Source of the DNA: Eledone cirrhosa
Taxonomy: Eukaryota
Assembly: GCA_964016885.1 (NCBI GenBank)
Contig: OZ024745.1
Location: 58,652,001 to 58,716,000, forward strand
Direction: 5' to 3'
Length of the DNA: 64,000 nt
The position numbers and the translations under genes are program-made. This document shows positions 28,323 to 43,174 of the stretch, piece after piece; position 1 is the stretch's first letter, and every line of letters begins with the position of its first letter. A model generated the notes under the pieces. The model did no database searches. It had not been told where the DNA came from and was given only the letters and a program-made list of their open reading frames with translations.

Positions 28323-28451
28323 AGGAACGATCGACTTTCGTCAAATCGGACCGAGGAAACAATGTTTCCATTGGTCTTTCCAGTTGCTAATACTATCTAT
28401 CGGTCGCAACTCCAGGTAGAAGGAGCAATGTGAAATAAAGTGTCTTGCTCA

Positions 28452-28457
<6 letters not shown>
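28323..28457 (-). mobile_element. Second SINE family, 5'-truncated
   Basis: Reverse complement of the 3' part of 45304-45520. Confidence 0.8.
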
Positions 28458-28515
<58 letters not shown>

Positions 28516-28520
28516 TAGTT

Positions 28521-28654
<134 letters not shown>

Positions 28655-28712
28655 TGAAATTAATAAACATTCGTTGTACTGCTTCTCTGTTTTGTTCCTG
28701 TTCAAATTTTCC

Positions 28713-28786
<74 letters not shown>

Positions 28787-28875
28787 TATATATATATATA
28801 TAAGAAAGTAAGATTTTTTTAAATATCCCACGCTGGTAAAATTCTACGAGAAAGAAGTGGAAAATGCAATTGGTG

Positions 28876-28917
<42 letters not shown>

Positions 28918-28972
28918 CAACTCTCTCTCTCTCACTCATTCTCCCCCCCCCCCTCTCTCTCTATCTCTCTCC

Positions 28973-29005
<33 letters not shown>

Positions 29006-29310
29006 GTGTGTGCGTGTTTGTATGCTTGTGTAAGACGGTCGAAGTAAATGATAATAAAATAGAATTGGGAATCAACTGAGAAAACAAGCCAAGACACGAC
29101 GACCTTATATACAAGCATGATACGGAATCGATCTGTTCTGGACAAAGCTAGTCAACATGGTGCCTGAATGTGCCTGAATGGAACGTACTAGCAACACAAG
29201 TCAGGCATGATGGTGATGCTGATGTAGAAATAGTTTACTTTATCATTATCAATATCGGCTGCAAAATAGAAATCATAACAACAACAACAACAACAACCAC
29301 AACAACATCT

Positions 29311-29355
<45 letters not shown>

Positions 29356-29419
29356 AGGAGGGATAATTTGATAAATTGACAGATATATATATATATTCAT
29401 ATTTACATTCATAGACATA

Positions 29420-29488
<69 letters not shown>

Positions 29489-29652
29489 AGTATATATATA
29501 TATATATATGCATGTGTGTGTGTGTGTGTGTGTGTGTGTTATAAAAGCGCTTACCTGTGCACAAATAGACACTGAAAACTAATGAATTATGAAGGTGTAA
29601 AAAGAGAGGGAAATACAGGGAGATAGTGGGAAGAGAAAGAGTGAGTGTGTAC

Positions 29653-29701
<49 letters not shown>

Positions 29702-29780
29702 GGAGAATGGGTGTGTGTGAACGTAAGTAAATTGATAGAAAATGTAGTTTGTAGTTCAATTAACTAGTATAATTAGAAAA

Positions 29781-29834
<54 letters not shown>

Positions 29835-29838
<4 letters not shown>

Positions 29839-30447
29839 TGAGATGAGTAGAATAAACAAACATTAAACAATTCTTTAAAACAGAAATGTTCACCAGTTGC
29901 CCACACATGAAATCACACTTGCTTTCCAGCTCATATAAACTTAACTCACTTTTAGATACTTATCCTCCATAAACTCTTGTTTTTCACTTTCCTTAAATTA
30001 CCCTCTTTACAGACTTCTCTTTCTGATCTACTTTTATTTTTATTTTTAACTTTATTTTTACTTCACATCCACCAGTGACCCCCCCCCCCCTCTTTTTGAT
30101 TCACTTATTTACATATTTTACATATTTTATTCACAATTTTACATATTTTACTTCCCCATTTTCTTTCACTACCTGATATCACGTGTCACTTGCCTTTTCA
30201 ACTCCAGATATATTCTGTTGTCTCTCAGCCGCTTTTATGTATGTTCACTTGCGTATAATTTGTATTCATTTATTCATACGACTGGTTTTTATATTGTATC
30301 TATGCGTGTGAGCGTGCATGTGTGTGTATGCGTGTTTGTATATGTATACGAATGCATTCGTATGTGCGCGTGTGTGTATATATGTGTGTGTGTATGTGTG
30401 TTTTTATATCTATGTTTTTTACATACTTATATATATGTGTGTGTGTG

Positions 30448-30509
<62 letters not shown>

Positions 30510-31377
30510 CGTATGTATATGTGTATATATATATATATATAGTCGCGTGCGTGCGTATCATTAGATGTACATGTACGTATATATATATGTGCTTCGTGTG
30601 TATGTATGCGCGCCTTTATATGTATGTACGCATGTATGTGCTTTTGTCTGTACGTATTTATATATATATTTTTATATATATATGTGTATGTATGAACCTA
30701 TGTTTGTTTACTATTTTTTCTAGTGTTACTTTATAATTGATAACCCCTCCCTCTTACTTTCTCTTTGATTTAATTGTTTTATTCTCATATATTTTTTCAG
30801 TTTTTCATTTTTATATATATATCGACCTTCAGCCTGACACTGCTTTGACTGATACACTCCTTTCCCTGTATATATCACTCGCATGTATTTGGTTGCGCGT
30901 GTGTGTGTGTTTATACGCGTGCTTTCATACTTGTATGTGTATATATTTCAATCCTTAGTACCTGAGTCTGGATGTACGTTAACTCTATTATCTTACAATT
31001 TCTTTTTCAACATATATTATATAGGTATTTGTGGTCACACATACACTGATATGTTTGCCCTCAAATATGTACTTACGCACACATTTTTTCACTATACACA
31101 TGCATTTGTACATACACACATATGTACATTTGTGAGTGAATAAACACACATTTATACACATACCCCAACTATATTTTCTTATTTTATTTTTATATATCTC
31201 TTGCATTACTTTTATTTATATATTTTCTTGCCCGTTAAACTTTTGCCTTTCTTGAGGAGATTTTTCAAATATTTCACTATGTTTTAAATTGCCTTGTCCG
31301 ACGAACGAATGAGGACGTTTCTTGTATTCGTCTTATTCGGGAAACCTCTGGTAATGAGGTAATTATATTGTATTGTT

Positions 31378-31380
<3 letters not shown>
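29835..31380 (+). mobile_element. 5'-truncated PLE: EN C-terminus, low-complexity 3' UTR and HHR, in (TA)n
   Basis: KTEMFTSCPHMKSH matches the PLE C-terminal E....C.H motif; HHR at 31295-31365. Confidence 0.6.
31295..31365 (+). ncRNA. Hammerhead variant (core CCGACGA)
   Basis: CCGACGA-a-cgaatgaggacg..cgtcttattcg-g-GAAACCTC-tggtaat-GAGGTA; strong stems II and III, weak stem I. Confidence 0.6.
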
Positions 31381-31426
<46 letters not shown>

Positions 31427-31429
<3 letters not shown>

Positions 31430-31648
31430 CAGTGAATTCGTAGGATCGGAAGGGCATAGGAATTTAGGTTTGCGGATTATAGTTACGTCCCTTTAATTTC
31501 TGAATTCTAATTCTGCGGAGGTTAGTTTTACTTTTCATCCTTGCGGGAACCATAAAATAAAGTACCAATAATGCACAGGTGTCGATTTAATCTTCTTTAC
31601 CCCTTTCATTCAAGATTGCTAGCCTTGTGCCTAATGTAGAAACAATAA
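31427..31648 (+). mobile_element. Degenerate MetaSINE-type SINE, long variant
   Basis: Family homology. Confidence 0.65.
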
Positions 31649-32254
31649 TTAGAAATATATACGGCTCATTTCTGTGGATTTATATCTATGATTATTACCT
31701 AACGTCTGCTAATTTTATTTGCACCACCAGTAGCATCACGAAATTTGATCTGACGATATTCTGGCAATGAACTCAACTGATAAAAATGGGACTGTTTAAG
31801 TATCTATTATGTAAATATCCATGAGGAATGATAGAATAATTGGCAGCTGTGAGGTGTAAACCAACCTCACTAGAATTGTTGAAATCAATTATTCCTTTTT
31901 ATATAATGACACATATCTAATAGCAGGAGATATACGAAATGCAATGAAGCCCAGTCGTTTCCTAAGAGTAATAACAGTGCAAAGGAAATGGATTGAAATT
32001 AAATCAACTTAGAATCGAAACTGCAGTATAAATATATTTAACATTACGTTATGCAGTATTACACTACACTTAAACTCCAGTAAAGCTTAGAATTGGCAGA
32101 TCGTTAGAATATCAGATAGAATACTTTGCAGTATTCGCTTCGATGCTTTACTCTCCCGGTAGCTGGCTATCTACTTCCATCACTTGGTGTTGGACAGATA
32201 TAGATATATAAAAAGTATATGATAAAATGACAAGTCAGCCAATAATATTGATGA

Positions 32255-33062
32255 CCTCCCCACAGCCCCGGCGGACAGAATGGAGAAGGCGTTTCCCCGG
32301 AGGACGGCAAGGGAGACGCGCTGGAGGAGCCATTCCAACTCGCGAGGCTCACACCTGCGTCTGGCCAGCTCAGCGCCTATGGTGGTGAGTAGGGAGGTAA
32401 CCCCAGTGCCGAGGACACCAGAAGTCTCCACTGCCAAGAGTACGACCACAAACCTGTCGGAGAACGACCGGTATTTAGAGAGTTTGGCCTCCTCAGCCCG
32501 ACGTACAGCAGAACCTGGGTTAGTCGCAGACTGCACCAGGTTGCGGCTGCAGAAAGTGTCGGTGCAAGTGGCATCCCAGACGAGGGTTTTGCCACCGCGG
32601 AACGAGAAGACGGTCATACCATCTGGCCTTTTGCCGTCCCCTCGGTCCAGCCACACCGACTTGAGCTGGGAAGGGAAACCTGCAGCGCCCAAGCCATGCT
32701 CTATGACCTTGTTAAGGGCAGCCTAGCCTGGAAGGACGCCAGCACTGTGGCGACAGGAAATCGGGTGGAGGCCAAAAGCGTCCATGGTGGATCCACAGCG
32801 ACATTGGTGTGGCTCGCAGATCCGGAGGTCGAGCCTCAAGGAAACGCCGATGCGCAGGCTATTGTTATTCAGCTGCGTGCCAGTGGAGAAGGAGGGCAAG
32901 GCATGGAGCCAGGTACCAATGTGGGGTTTGGAGGCCGCACGAAACAGGCAAGGCGGTGCTGGTCGAGCTGGCGCGTGAGCCTGTCTGAGGCGAGACTTAA
33001 GTGGATGGCATCCAAATGCTTTGGGGGGAATTGACGTCAGCAGAGGGATAAGGAGGAGGGAC
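32255..33062 (-). pseudogene. CRE-like non-LTR retrotransposon 3' fragment (zinc knuckle plus RLE), frameshifted
   Basis: CRCG..DAFGLHPISC, GDGKRPDGMT..GKTLVWDATCTDTF, AVETSG; homologous to 62370-63140. Confidence 0.85.
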
Positions 33063-34447
33063 GAAGTCAACTTTGCTTTTCAACCATTCAGGGTCGATAA
33101 AATAAAGTAACAGTCTAGAACTGAAGTCAATTCTTTCTCTGTATCTCTTTCTCACTTCCTTTCTCTCACTCTCTATCCTTTTCTGGAAGAAATCTGTTGT
33201 ACTCAGGCCTGAAGAGTGGAATGAAGTTATGTTTCAGAAATATGAATGCCATAGTATTGCAATTGTTCGAATTTTTTAAATGACTGACGTTTTCCTATGC
33301 GAAGCTGAAATGAGAGCTTCGCACCTCAAGGAGGAGTCCCGTCAAGTGGAATAGCTGATACCACTGTTTTTTAAGGCAATACCTTTGCTCGCTTTTTTGT
33401 GGGGCGTAGCTGAAATATGCAGCCCAACTAGGGGTGTGAAATTTGCACCTCACACCTTGCTCTCTCTGTTTTGAATGTTGTCTTGATTTAAAATGTGTTT
33501 TATAGATTCTAAATAAATACTAAATTGTTAAATTGAAGACTTTTAAAATAGTTTAACGATATTTCTAAAAGAATAAAGCTATCGATGAAGTGTTTGTAAA
33601 ATATTTACTAGGCATGGCACAGAAAGTTTGAGCAGTATCTGTGAAATATCACATCTACTGATTAAAGCTCATCTCTCAATTCACAAAATATTCTAACAAT
33701 AGCTTAAAAACTAACTTTATAACTGTCATAAATAAACACCTACAACATATTAGAGCAGTATATAATTCTACATGGGATATATTAAATTATTTCTTATTTT
33801 AAATACTGTAACATCTAACGTTACCTTTTATCTCTCTAAGCTTGATAAATCAACTCGTTGTTTAGTGACAGTTCAGTTATGGTCAAGAAGAATTATGGTC
33901 GAAGGCGTTCCAGCTGTGGTCATCTAATTTCTTTCCTAATCACATTGCACCCAGAACCCCATCATTACATATAACCTTCTTTCCTAGGATGATAAGTTGT
34001 AACTAGAAATGTGGCTGCTACTTATAATAATTCGGATAATCAAACATAAAGTTCAGCTCATTGGTTCGTTAAGTACCAGCAATATTCTCAACTGGCAGTA
34101 TGTCACTCTAAAGCTTTACTCTTAAAAACTAGTTTCACTCTTGCAGAAAAACATCTAATATTTGTTTTAGTTGATTTTTGGTTAATGAAATGCTCACCTG
34201 ACTATTGAAATGCGTCTTTCAAATTAGAAAGATAATAAATTAGTTAGTAATATAGCAAAGAACATGAAGGGGGTTGGGTGGTCTTTTTGAAATAACAGAA
34301 AGTTCTATGGTTTTAAGTTAATGGTCCTATCTTATTCATTATGAGCAGAGTAACATCATCAGCATTATCGAACAGGAAAAAAAATCGATCGTAGCAGGCA
34401 GTGATCAATTTAATATCGAATAACACTTATGAGAGAAAATTTAAATA

Positions 34448-34492
<45 letters not shown>

Positions 34493-35121
34493 GATAATAA
34501 TGATAATAATAGTACCCTTGTTTTCTATACAAGTTTTTTATTTTTTTTATTTTGCATGTATTTTTTTGTTCTTCTCACACAGCTATCGATTCTGAAATCC
34601 ATTAGCATCATATTGTTTCTTAACACTGAAGGAGCTCCAATGCAAAATATAATAAAATGACAAAAATGAAAGGGACACACAAACAGACAGTCGAAAAAAA
34701 GGTGGAAAGCAAACAAAACTGGAACATATATCAATTGATGGACTTTGTAAAGAAATGAATGAAAACTAAAAAGCTAACATGTAGTCAGATTGTGTTTCTG
34801 CATTGTTTTCTGGTTTATTTCAATTTAAATTGCTCAATTCATATTGTTGTCTTTTTCTCCTATAATTCTTCAATATTTCTAGTTTATTTTTTTAAAGTGT
34901 ATTTTTATCTGCATTTTTCTGTGATTTTTCTTTGATATTTACATATGTAAAGATGAATTATTCATTTTGTGTGTAAATGTGTGTGTGTGTAAATATGTGT
35001 GTGTGTGTACTGAAAGCATCAATTTTTTTTAAAAATCAACACATACTACAACACAGAATTCTCACACAGAAAATTACAGGTTCACAAATATGCAGCAATA
35101 TATATACATATATATAATGTG

Positions 35122-35155
<34 letters not shown>

Positions 35156-35219
35156 TGTATGTATGTATGTATGTATGTATGTATGCATGTATGCATGCAT
35201 GTATGTATGTTTGTGTGTG

Positions 35220-35257
<38 letters not shown>

Positions 35258-35351
35258 AGGAGCTTTATAGATGACTGTCTGCATATTCTTTACCTGCTGC
35301 CAATCCCAACCATCAGACTTAAACACAATTAAAAGCATCGGTAAGGAATGC

Positions 35352-35395
<44 letters not shown>

Positions 35396-35411
35396 ACACA
35401 CACACACACAC

Positions 35412-35478
<67 letters not shown>

Positions 35479-35798
35479 TGTGTGTGTATGTATTGAGCAG
35501 TAGTGTTCTCAAGAAATATGGGAAAGTTTTATTTACTAAACAAGTTTCTTTTTAAATATAAATACATGCAAATAGTTATTTAGTTAAACGTTGATTGCCT
35601 AAGTAATGTGATGGAAATATTAGATGTGGAATAGTTATGAAATAAGAAATGGCAGAAAAACGAAATTTCGGAGTAAAAACATTGTCCAGTAAAAACTTAT
35701 GCCAGAAGATATCTGTCCAGGAGTAAAAATGAAATGAACTTTTAGAAAATAACGGGAAATCAAAGGAAAAGCGATGAAAAACATTAAGAAATAGAACG

Positions 35799-35831
<33 letters not shown>

Positions 35832-36360
35832 AGATCAAAAGATGGTTAAAAGAGTTCCACAAACTGTAGAGTGCTTCTTATCCGATATCTGCATTGCTTT
35901 ATTGTACTACAATAAAACTCACCTCCTACATCATATATATATATTAGTTCATCGCGTTGATATAAAATACTGAGAGTGAGTGCATTTATGAGAATTAGGG
36001 ATGAACTGAAATAACATTGAGAGGGAGTGTGCGTGTGTTTGGGTGGGGAAAGTAATTAAATAAAGGCCTGATTGAAAGAGTTTGAATTACATAAAACCAG
36101 GAAATATAAATGCTGGTGATGCAGGGTAAACGTTAAAATAAATCAGATGCCTAAGTAATTCAATGATAGAATCCACGAACAAAATTTCTCAAACTAAAAC
36201 ATAAGACTCCTTAACTACCTGGAGAATGAAATAGCAAACTACATCAATTTACCATACTTCTCTGCTGCAGCATGGACATTCCACTAAATAAGCTAAATAA
36301 GAAATGAATATTTCAAGCCGGATTAAATGTATAATCATATTGACCTGGATATATATATAT

Positions 36361-36578
36361 GAAGGCATGTGGCTGAGTGGTTAGAGAATTGGATTCGCAA
36401 TCGAAAGGTTGTGAGTTCGATTCCTGAACAGGGCGATGCGTTATGTCCTTGAGCAAGACACTTTATTTCACGTTGCTCCTTCTACTTGGAGTTGCGACCG
36501 ATAGATAGTATTAGCAATTGGAAAGACCAACGGAAACATTGTTTCGTCGGTCCGATTTGACGAAAGTCGATCGTTCCT
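36361..36578 (+). mobile_element. Second tRNA-derived SINE family
   Basis: TGGCTGAGTGG A-box, GAGTTCGATTCC B-box, TGTCCTTGAGCAAGACACTT core; copy at 45304. Confidence 0.85.
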
Positions 36579-36669
36579 CATATATATATATATATATATA
36601 AGCAAATTGTAATCAACAAGATCGAAATTACTGGATATATATATATATATATATTTATATATATTCAAT

Positions 36670-36900
36670 TCGGCATTCGTGCCAACCCTTACCTTTGGTA
36701 ATGAATGTTGGGTAATGACTGAAAGAATACGATTGCGGATACTAGCGCCCGAAATGAGGTCCCTCCGAAGTAATGTGACTCGATAGAATGCGCATCTCGA
36801 AGATCAGAGAGTCACTCCAGGTAGAGCTGCCCCTTCTCCGAATTGAGAGATCACAGCTCCGATACTATGGGCTTGTGGTTAAAATGCCTCAGGGATTACC
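36670..36900 (+). pseudogene. Degenerate RTE LINE fragment
   Basis: FVPTLTFGNECWVMTERIRLRILAPEMR...IRESLQVELPLLRIERSQLRYYG. Confidence 0.75.
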
Positions 36901-37299
36901 GGTACAGGTAATTCAATTGTATATAAACACCCCCAAAAATGCTTACATAATTTAAATAATGCATATAAAAAAAATTATTTTAATGCATTTAAAAATTTTT
37001 TTTTTTGTGTATACATTTCCTGGGACACCCTGTATATATATATATATATATACACTTAAGCTTTTATACATACACACAGACACTTATATGGGTGTGTATA
37101 GATACTTGAGGAATCAATTAGCCAATTAAGTCTGAGTGTCTTTTATTGCAGAATACTAAGATATCACAAGCTGTAGCCGGATGACAGATGATAGCAGTCA
37201 AGCAGTTCATCTATTTATTTCCCTTGTTTTAATTGTCTACTGGTTTATTCTTAAAAAAAAAGGTTCCTGGTGTCCTTGTACTAACTTGCATTGACAATC

Positions 37300-37860
<561 letters not shown>

Positions 37861-38885
37861 TATATTCCATTTATATATATATATATATATATATGATTGT
37901 CAATGCAAGTATATATATATATATATAAGGTTGTTCGTATATTGGAATTCATCAGTAAATACATCTATATTTAAATACTACATGCCTTGGAACACGAACT
38001 CTTTAACTAGAAAATGTTGTACTTTAGTAACTCAGCCGTCCGACATGTGGTGCGGGACAGGAAGATGTATGAAACTGAAAAAGGTATATTAAACAAAAAA
38101 TATTTATTTTTGTTCTTTCTTTATGAGTCACTATTGAAAGCTTGGTTGACTCATGAGGTATCTATTAATAGCAAACAAGTGAGACATTTGATGAACATAA
38201 CTGTCTTCTTTTTATCTCAGTAAGAAAAGTGTCGACACCTTATTATTTAACCAAAATGTAGGATAAAATTTGATTACTAACAGAGAAAGTACAGTATCTA
38301 AGAATGCTAAATAATTATTTAAGTCCATGTGTGAGTATATTCGTTAGTAACGCTTTATGTTACTAAGAATACACGAACTTCTAAAATGAAATCGGAGAGA
38401 AGATTCGTTGTCAGGAATTTTGGACAATTCCGAAATATGAAGTTAACTTTGTAATGTATGATGTCGAACTAAGCATCGAGAAAATGTAACAATGAAAAGG
38501 ACAATGGAGTCTGACGAAGCTTGATTGCAGAGTTATGAGTCTCGTTATGACTATTGTCACAAAGAATTGCCACTATCAACGATGTGAATACATTGCTGTT
38601 TGTGAATGGAAATATCGAAGAAAGGAAACATAACTTAGTTAATATTACAACGATGTAATATAAAAGTGATATAACATTTACACTTCGCAAAGGTTTATCC
38701 TATTATTTTTTTTCATATTTAATTCTAAGAACTGGCCAAAATCCTGTACACTCAGACCACCCCTGATTGTAGTATGAGTAGATGTTTTTCAGTAAAACGT
38801 GAACAACATAGAGGGTTGAAATCCTGAGTAAAGAACATTTAGCAAAATGTTCAGTAGATAGTCCGAGCATTAGACACAATAAAGA

Positions 38886-38961
38886 ATAATTGTTTCTACT
38901 TTTGGTACAAGCCTAGCAATTACCCCAGTGCATTACTGGCGCTTTATTTTATCGACCCCGT
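38886..38961 (-). mobile_element. MetaSINE-type 3' fragment
   Basis: Family homology. Confidence 0.7.
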
Positions 38962-39360
38962 ACATTCTACCACTCAAATATTTAAGAGTTGGTGACTGCT
39001 TTTCCTGAATTTTATCGGCGCGCCATTACTGGCAAAGGCGGTATAATTTAAGGTTCATCATAGTGTAACAGCAGTTTTTATTTTCAGACGGGACATGAAA
39101 ACATTATTACCAATAAACATTGTGAACCTTGAGATCCCCTCATTCAAGCGATATTCTACACTTTCACTCACTACTACGGAGTTTCGAAAAATGCTTATCA
39201 GGACTTAAATATTCACTTTATGCATAAACAATATCTAGAAAAAAAAGAAGTACGTACGTTTAACAAAGCAAGTGACTAATATTTATTAGAAGTTAAAACT
39301 AAGCAAACAGAGAGCAAATTTTCTAAAATTAGTATACTAGCTATTTTCCTATATCAATGG

Positions 39361-39472
<112 letters not shown>

Positions 39473-39517
39473 ACACACACACACATATATGTATATATAT
39501 ATATATATATATGTATA

Positions 39518-39713
39518 TAACGAAGGAAACGTGGTAAGGAACCAGGTGGACCATAACGCACCAGAGTACTCAATACTTAGGGTAGTAGAGTGGGTAATAG
39601 GAAAAAGTATGACCCCGACGGCAGAGCTCAAGCCGTTTCGACGGCTATTTCTGAGTCCAGAAATAGCCGTCGAAACGGCTTGAGCTCTGCCGTCGGGGTC
39701 ATGCTTTTTCCTA
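39518..39713. mobile_element. PLE-type fold-back with HHR 3' half and tail
   Basis: Palindrome 39597-39713 contains GAAACGGC-ttgagctct-GCCGTC (stem III, GUC site); minus arm continues into the bulged hairpin; related fragments at 7992-8075. Confidence 0.6.
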
Positions 39714-40248
39714 TACATATATATATAGATAAATAGATAGATAGACAGATAGATAGATAGATAGATAGATAGATATACATACAAATATATAAATGTATAC
39801 ATGCAGACATCCATACACGTATATACACAAAGATGTGTCTACGTTTGTATTTTTTTTTTATTGGTGTGTGTTGTAGCGTGTTTACATACATACACATAAA
39901 TATTCACATGTAAATATACACAAATTCATCTATACATATGAACATGTCTGTGTGATGTGTGCGCATGTCTGTATATGTGAGTGTATTTGTGTATATACAT
40001 TCATGTAAATATTCATACAATTATATAGGGCTAGGGTGAGGTTTTATTGATATTTCGTTCATTTATGTTTGCATTATAACACTGATTAATTTGCTTAGTT
40101 ATTAAATAGTGATGTCAACGATAATAATGGCTAAGACAATGGCGATGATGACGATGGTGATGATGATGATGATGATGATGATGATTATGATGATGACGAT
40201 GTTGATGATGATAACAACAATAAGAAACACCGAATAATAATAACAATA

Positions 40249-40430
40249 ATAATTGTTTCTACTTTTGGCACATGGTCAGCAAATATCCCAGCGCATTACT
40301 GGTACTTTATTTTATCGACCCCCGTAAGGATGAAAGGCAAAGTTAACCTCGACGGGATTTGAACTCAGACTGCAAAGGGCCGTAACTCTATGCTGCAAAG
40401 CATGGCGTCCGACCCTCTACTGATACGGCC

Positions 40431-40469
<39 letters not shown>

Positions 40470-40677
40470 TTCTACTATAGGCACAAGGCCAGCAATTTAG
40501 GAGGAGGGGAAAGTTGATTAAACCGACCCCCAGTGCATTACTGGTGATTTATTTTATCGACCCCGTGACGATGAAAGGCAAAGCTAACCTCAGTGAAATT
40601 TGAACTCAAAATGTAAAGGGGCGCAACTCTATGCCTCGCAGCATGTTGTCCGAAGTTCTACTGATTCTGCCAATCCA
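40249..40677 (-). mobile_element. Two MetaSINE-type copies separated by (AAT)n
   Basis: 40249-40432 and 40468-40677 (long variant). Confidence 0.85.
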
Positions 40678-40680
40678 CTC

Positions 40681-40754
<74 letters not shown>

Positions 40755-41120
40755 AGAGTAACGAGAGTAAAAATAAAGGCAAGGAAACATTCGGAAAAAT
40801 ATTTTTCGCTCTCTTTTTCATTAAAAATCTCCGTCACTTTCCGGCAGCAAAACATTTCGCATTACCCAACAATTAGTGGTCAAATATTTACTTAGACGCA
40901 TACATGTTTTAACAAAACATCTATGACGGAAGGACACCACTGTCTATCTCATCATGTCGCCCACTACCTATATAAATTGCATTCATGAGTAGCTCTATGA
41001 ATATAAATCCTTACAAATACAAGCACGGGAATACATATATACAAAAATACACATGCACAGACACATGAAAATATATATATGGCTTCTGTGCCTATGTCAA
41101 CAAATCAATCTAAAAATATA

Positions 41121-41165
<45 letters not shown>

Positions 41166-41169
<4 letters not shown>

Positions 41170-41678
41170 TTAATATAGATGAGATTCTACAAGACTAGAA
41201 CTGTTTCATTCTTTAGAAATCACCAGGAATATAAACAAAAGGAACTCCACCCCCTTCACGCTTAAATGGAAAATACTCCAGAAAGCGCGCTCTTACAACG
41301 GAGGACACAAGGGCTGCGACCTTTGTATCTCAGAGAGCTACGAAATTTTATTCGCCAAGGGCCCGCTACTGAACAAACTCTCTGAACACTGCCCGAATTG
41401 CATGCACAAGAACTTTGCAACTTTCAAACACTTTAAGCCAGTGTTAAAGCCCGATAGCTAAAAACGACCTCCTCCTATTGGCCCCTATACCTCCTTCCCA
41501 CCCTACTCCCACCCCTCCTCAACCTGAAATACGGCCACTGTGGTTATATTCCTGATGATTTCTAAAGAATGAAACAGTTCTAGTCCTGTAGAATCTCATC
41601 TATATTAAAACTTTTATACTCTGCAATGTATTGAGTACCTTACTTACTGTGGTTACCTCCGATTCAACCCGGAATAAC

Positions 41679-41679
<1 letters not shown>
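41166..41679 (+). mobile_element. Short PLE insertion: inverted pLTR arm, EN C-terminus, pLTR/HHR and tail, in (TA)n
   Basis: 41166-41230 inverts 41548-41612; 41243-41462 encodes PFTLKWKILQKARSY..GCDLCISESYEIL..LLNKLSEHCPNCMH. Confidence 0.85.
41548..41594 (+). ncRNA. Canonical type I hammerhead ribozyme
   Basis: attc-CTGATGA-tttctaaagaat-GAA-ACAG-ttctagtc-CTGT-A-gaat. Confidence 0.8.
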
Positions 41680-41764
<85 letters not shown>

Positions 41765-41841
41765 CACGGCTCGGAAAGATTCCCTTCTTTGAGCTATTTA
41801 ATTGTAAAAAACTATTTTGAGTTTCTAACTCAATCTATGAT

Positions 41842-42458
41842 ATACATGGTGGCTGCCAACTCGTTTTCGAGTACGGCCACTACTTCATATCCATGTAGGA
41901 GAACCCCTACTGATGCGCTGAACGAGTGTGACTTTTTAGTCCAGCCAGCGACTTGAAAACTCTGGTACAAACACTGCACTTGTGACAATTATTGACACAT
42001 AGTGCTGGGCCCATGGTACCATGTGACGACAAGTGCAGAGAGATCTCCAGATATAAAGCAATGCCTGTGCCGTGAAGCTTTTATAGTGAGTAAAGGCACT
42101 GCACAAAGCTAGTCCCACTCTCTTAACCAAGATGATATTTACCAAAAAGAAGAACAAGTCAACATCATTGGATACCATCAGAGTTGCAGGTGTTATATCA
42201 GAGTTTTCCTTCTCCTAGAATTCTGCCTTGACAAAGGCTAAGGGGTCATCTCTCCCGGTGATTTTGGATGGCCATTGACTCTTAAGAGCTCCTTTGCCCC
42301 TTGACAGGTTTTGTTTTTAGTCCTGCTGGATGTCCAAAGTCACCCTCCTCACCAAAAAACCTTGGTGGGGTTGCCAGTTTAGTCGCCAACGACCCGACCA
42401 TGAGACAGGTTGTACTGGGATACATGTTACCAGTAGCACCAACTGGTGACCTGACATG
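41842..42458 (-). mobile_element. Non-autonomous RTE-derived element, longer copy
   Basis: Near-identical to 27546-28110 with ~50 extra nt at the 5' end. Confidence 0.6.
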
Positions 42459-42494
42459 TGATATACATACATATATATATATATATACATACAT

Positions 42495-42529
<35 letters not shown>

Positions 42530-42534
<5 letters not shown>

Positions 42535-42692
42535 AGTCTGCGGTACTAGGACCGGAAAGGCCACAAAGAATTACTCGATACCTGTTAAGATGCAAAGTGG
42601 GAATATTAGTGAAAGTAGAGGACCTACCACGAGCTGGAGGTAGCTCGCCGAAACCGCCGAGCTCGCGTAGATCATCTACTTTTACTAATATA
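42530..42692. mobile_element. PLE-type fold-back with HHR remnant and tail
   Basis: Imperfect palindrome 42603-42692 containing GAAAC..gagctc..GTA; minus arm has actt-tgc..gta-tc-gagt. Confidence 0.45.
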
Positions 42693-42721
42693 TATATGTA
42701 TTGCAGGGTTAAAGCCCCAGA

Positions 42722-42868
42722 TATTGCTGGTGCTCATTTTCAGTTGAGTATAGTGGAGCAACGTGATACGAATCTTTTTTCTCAAGAACACAACACACAA
42801 CCCAAGGAATCGAACCCAAGACATTATGATCATAAGCCAATGCCCTTACCACTAAGCCATGCGCCTTC
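42722..42868 (-). mobile_element. tRNA-derived SINE related to the second family
   Basis: Minus strand: gaaggcgcatggcttagtggt...gggttcgattcc...tgttcttgag...cacgttgctcc. Confidence 0.65.
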
Positions 42869-43076
42869 CCTTACATCTAACCACCCACTATCCAATTGCA
42901 ACCTATAGATAGCCCAAAATGTTCTTATATTTTTATTCCAATGCAGCGACAAGAGCGCCTGATAATTGTTTATCATAATTTTGTCTAACCATGTGTACTA
43001 ACAACCTTTTATCTTCTTCAATAAAGAAAACCGTCTTTAGACTGTTAATCCTACTGCGGTCCTAGTACCGCAGACT

Positions 43077-43174
<98 letters not shown>

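Noticed and set aside
36361-36435. tRNA gene
   Set aside because: The A/B boxes belong to a SINE head that continues into a shared body and is repeated at 45304; no clean cloverleaf.
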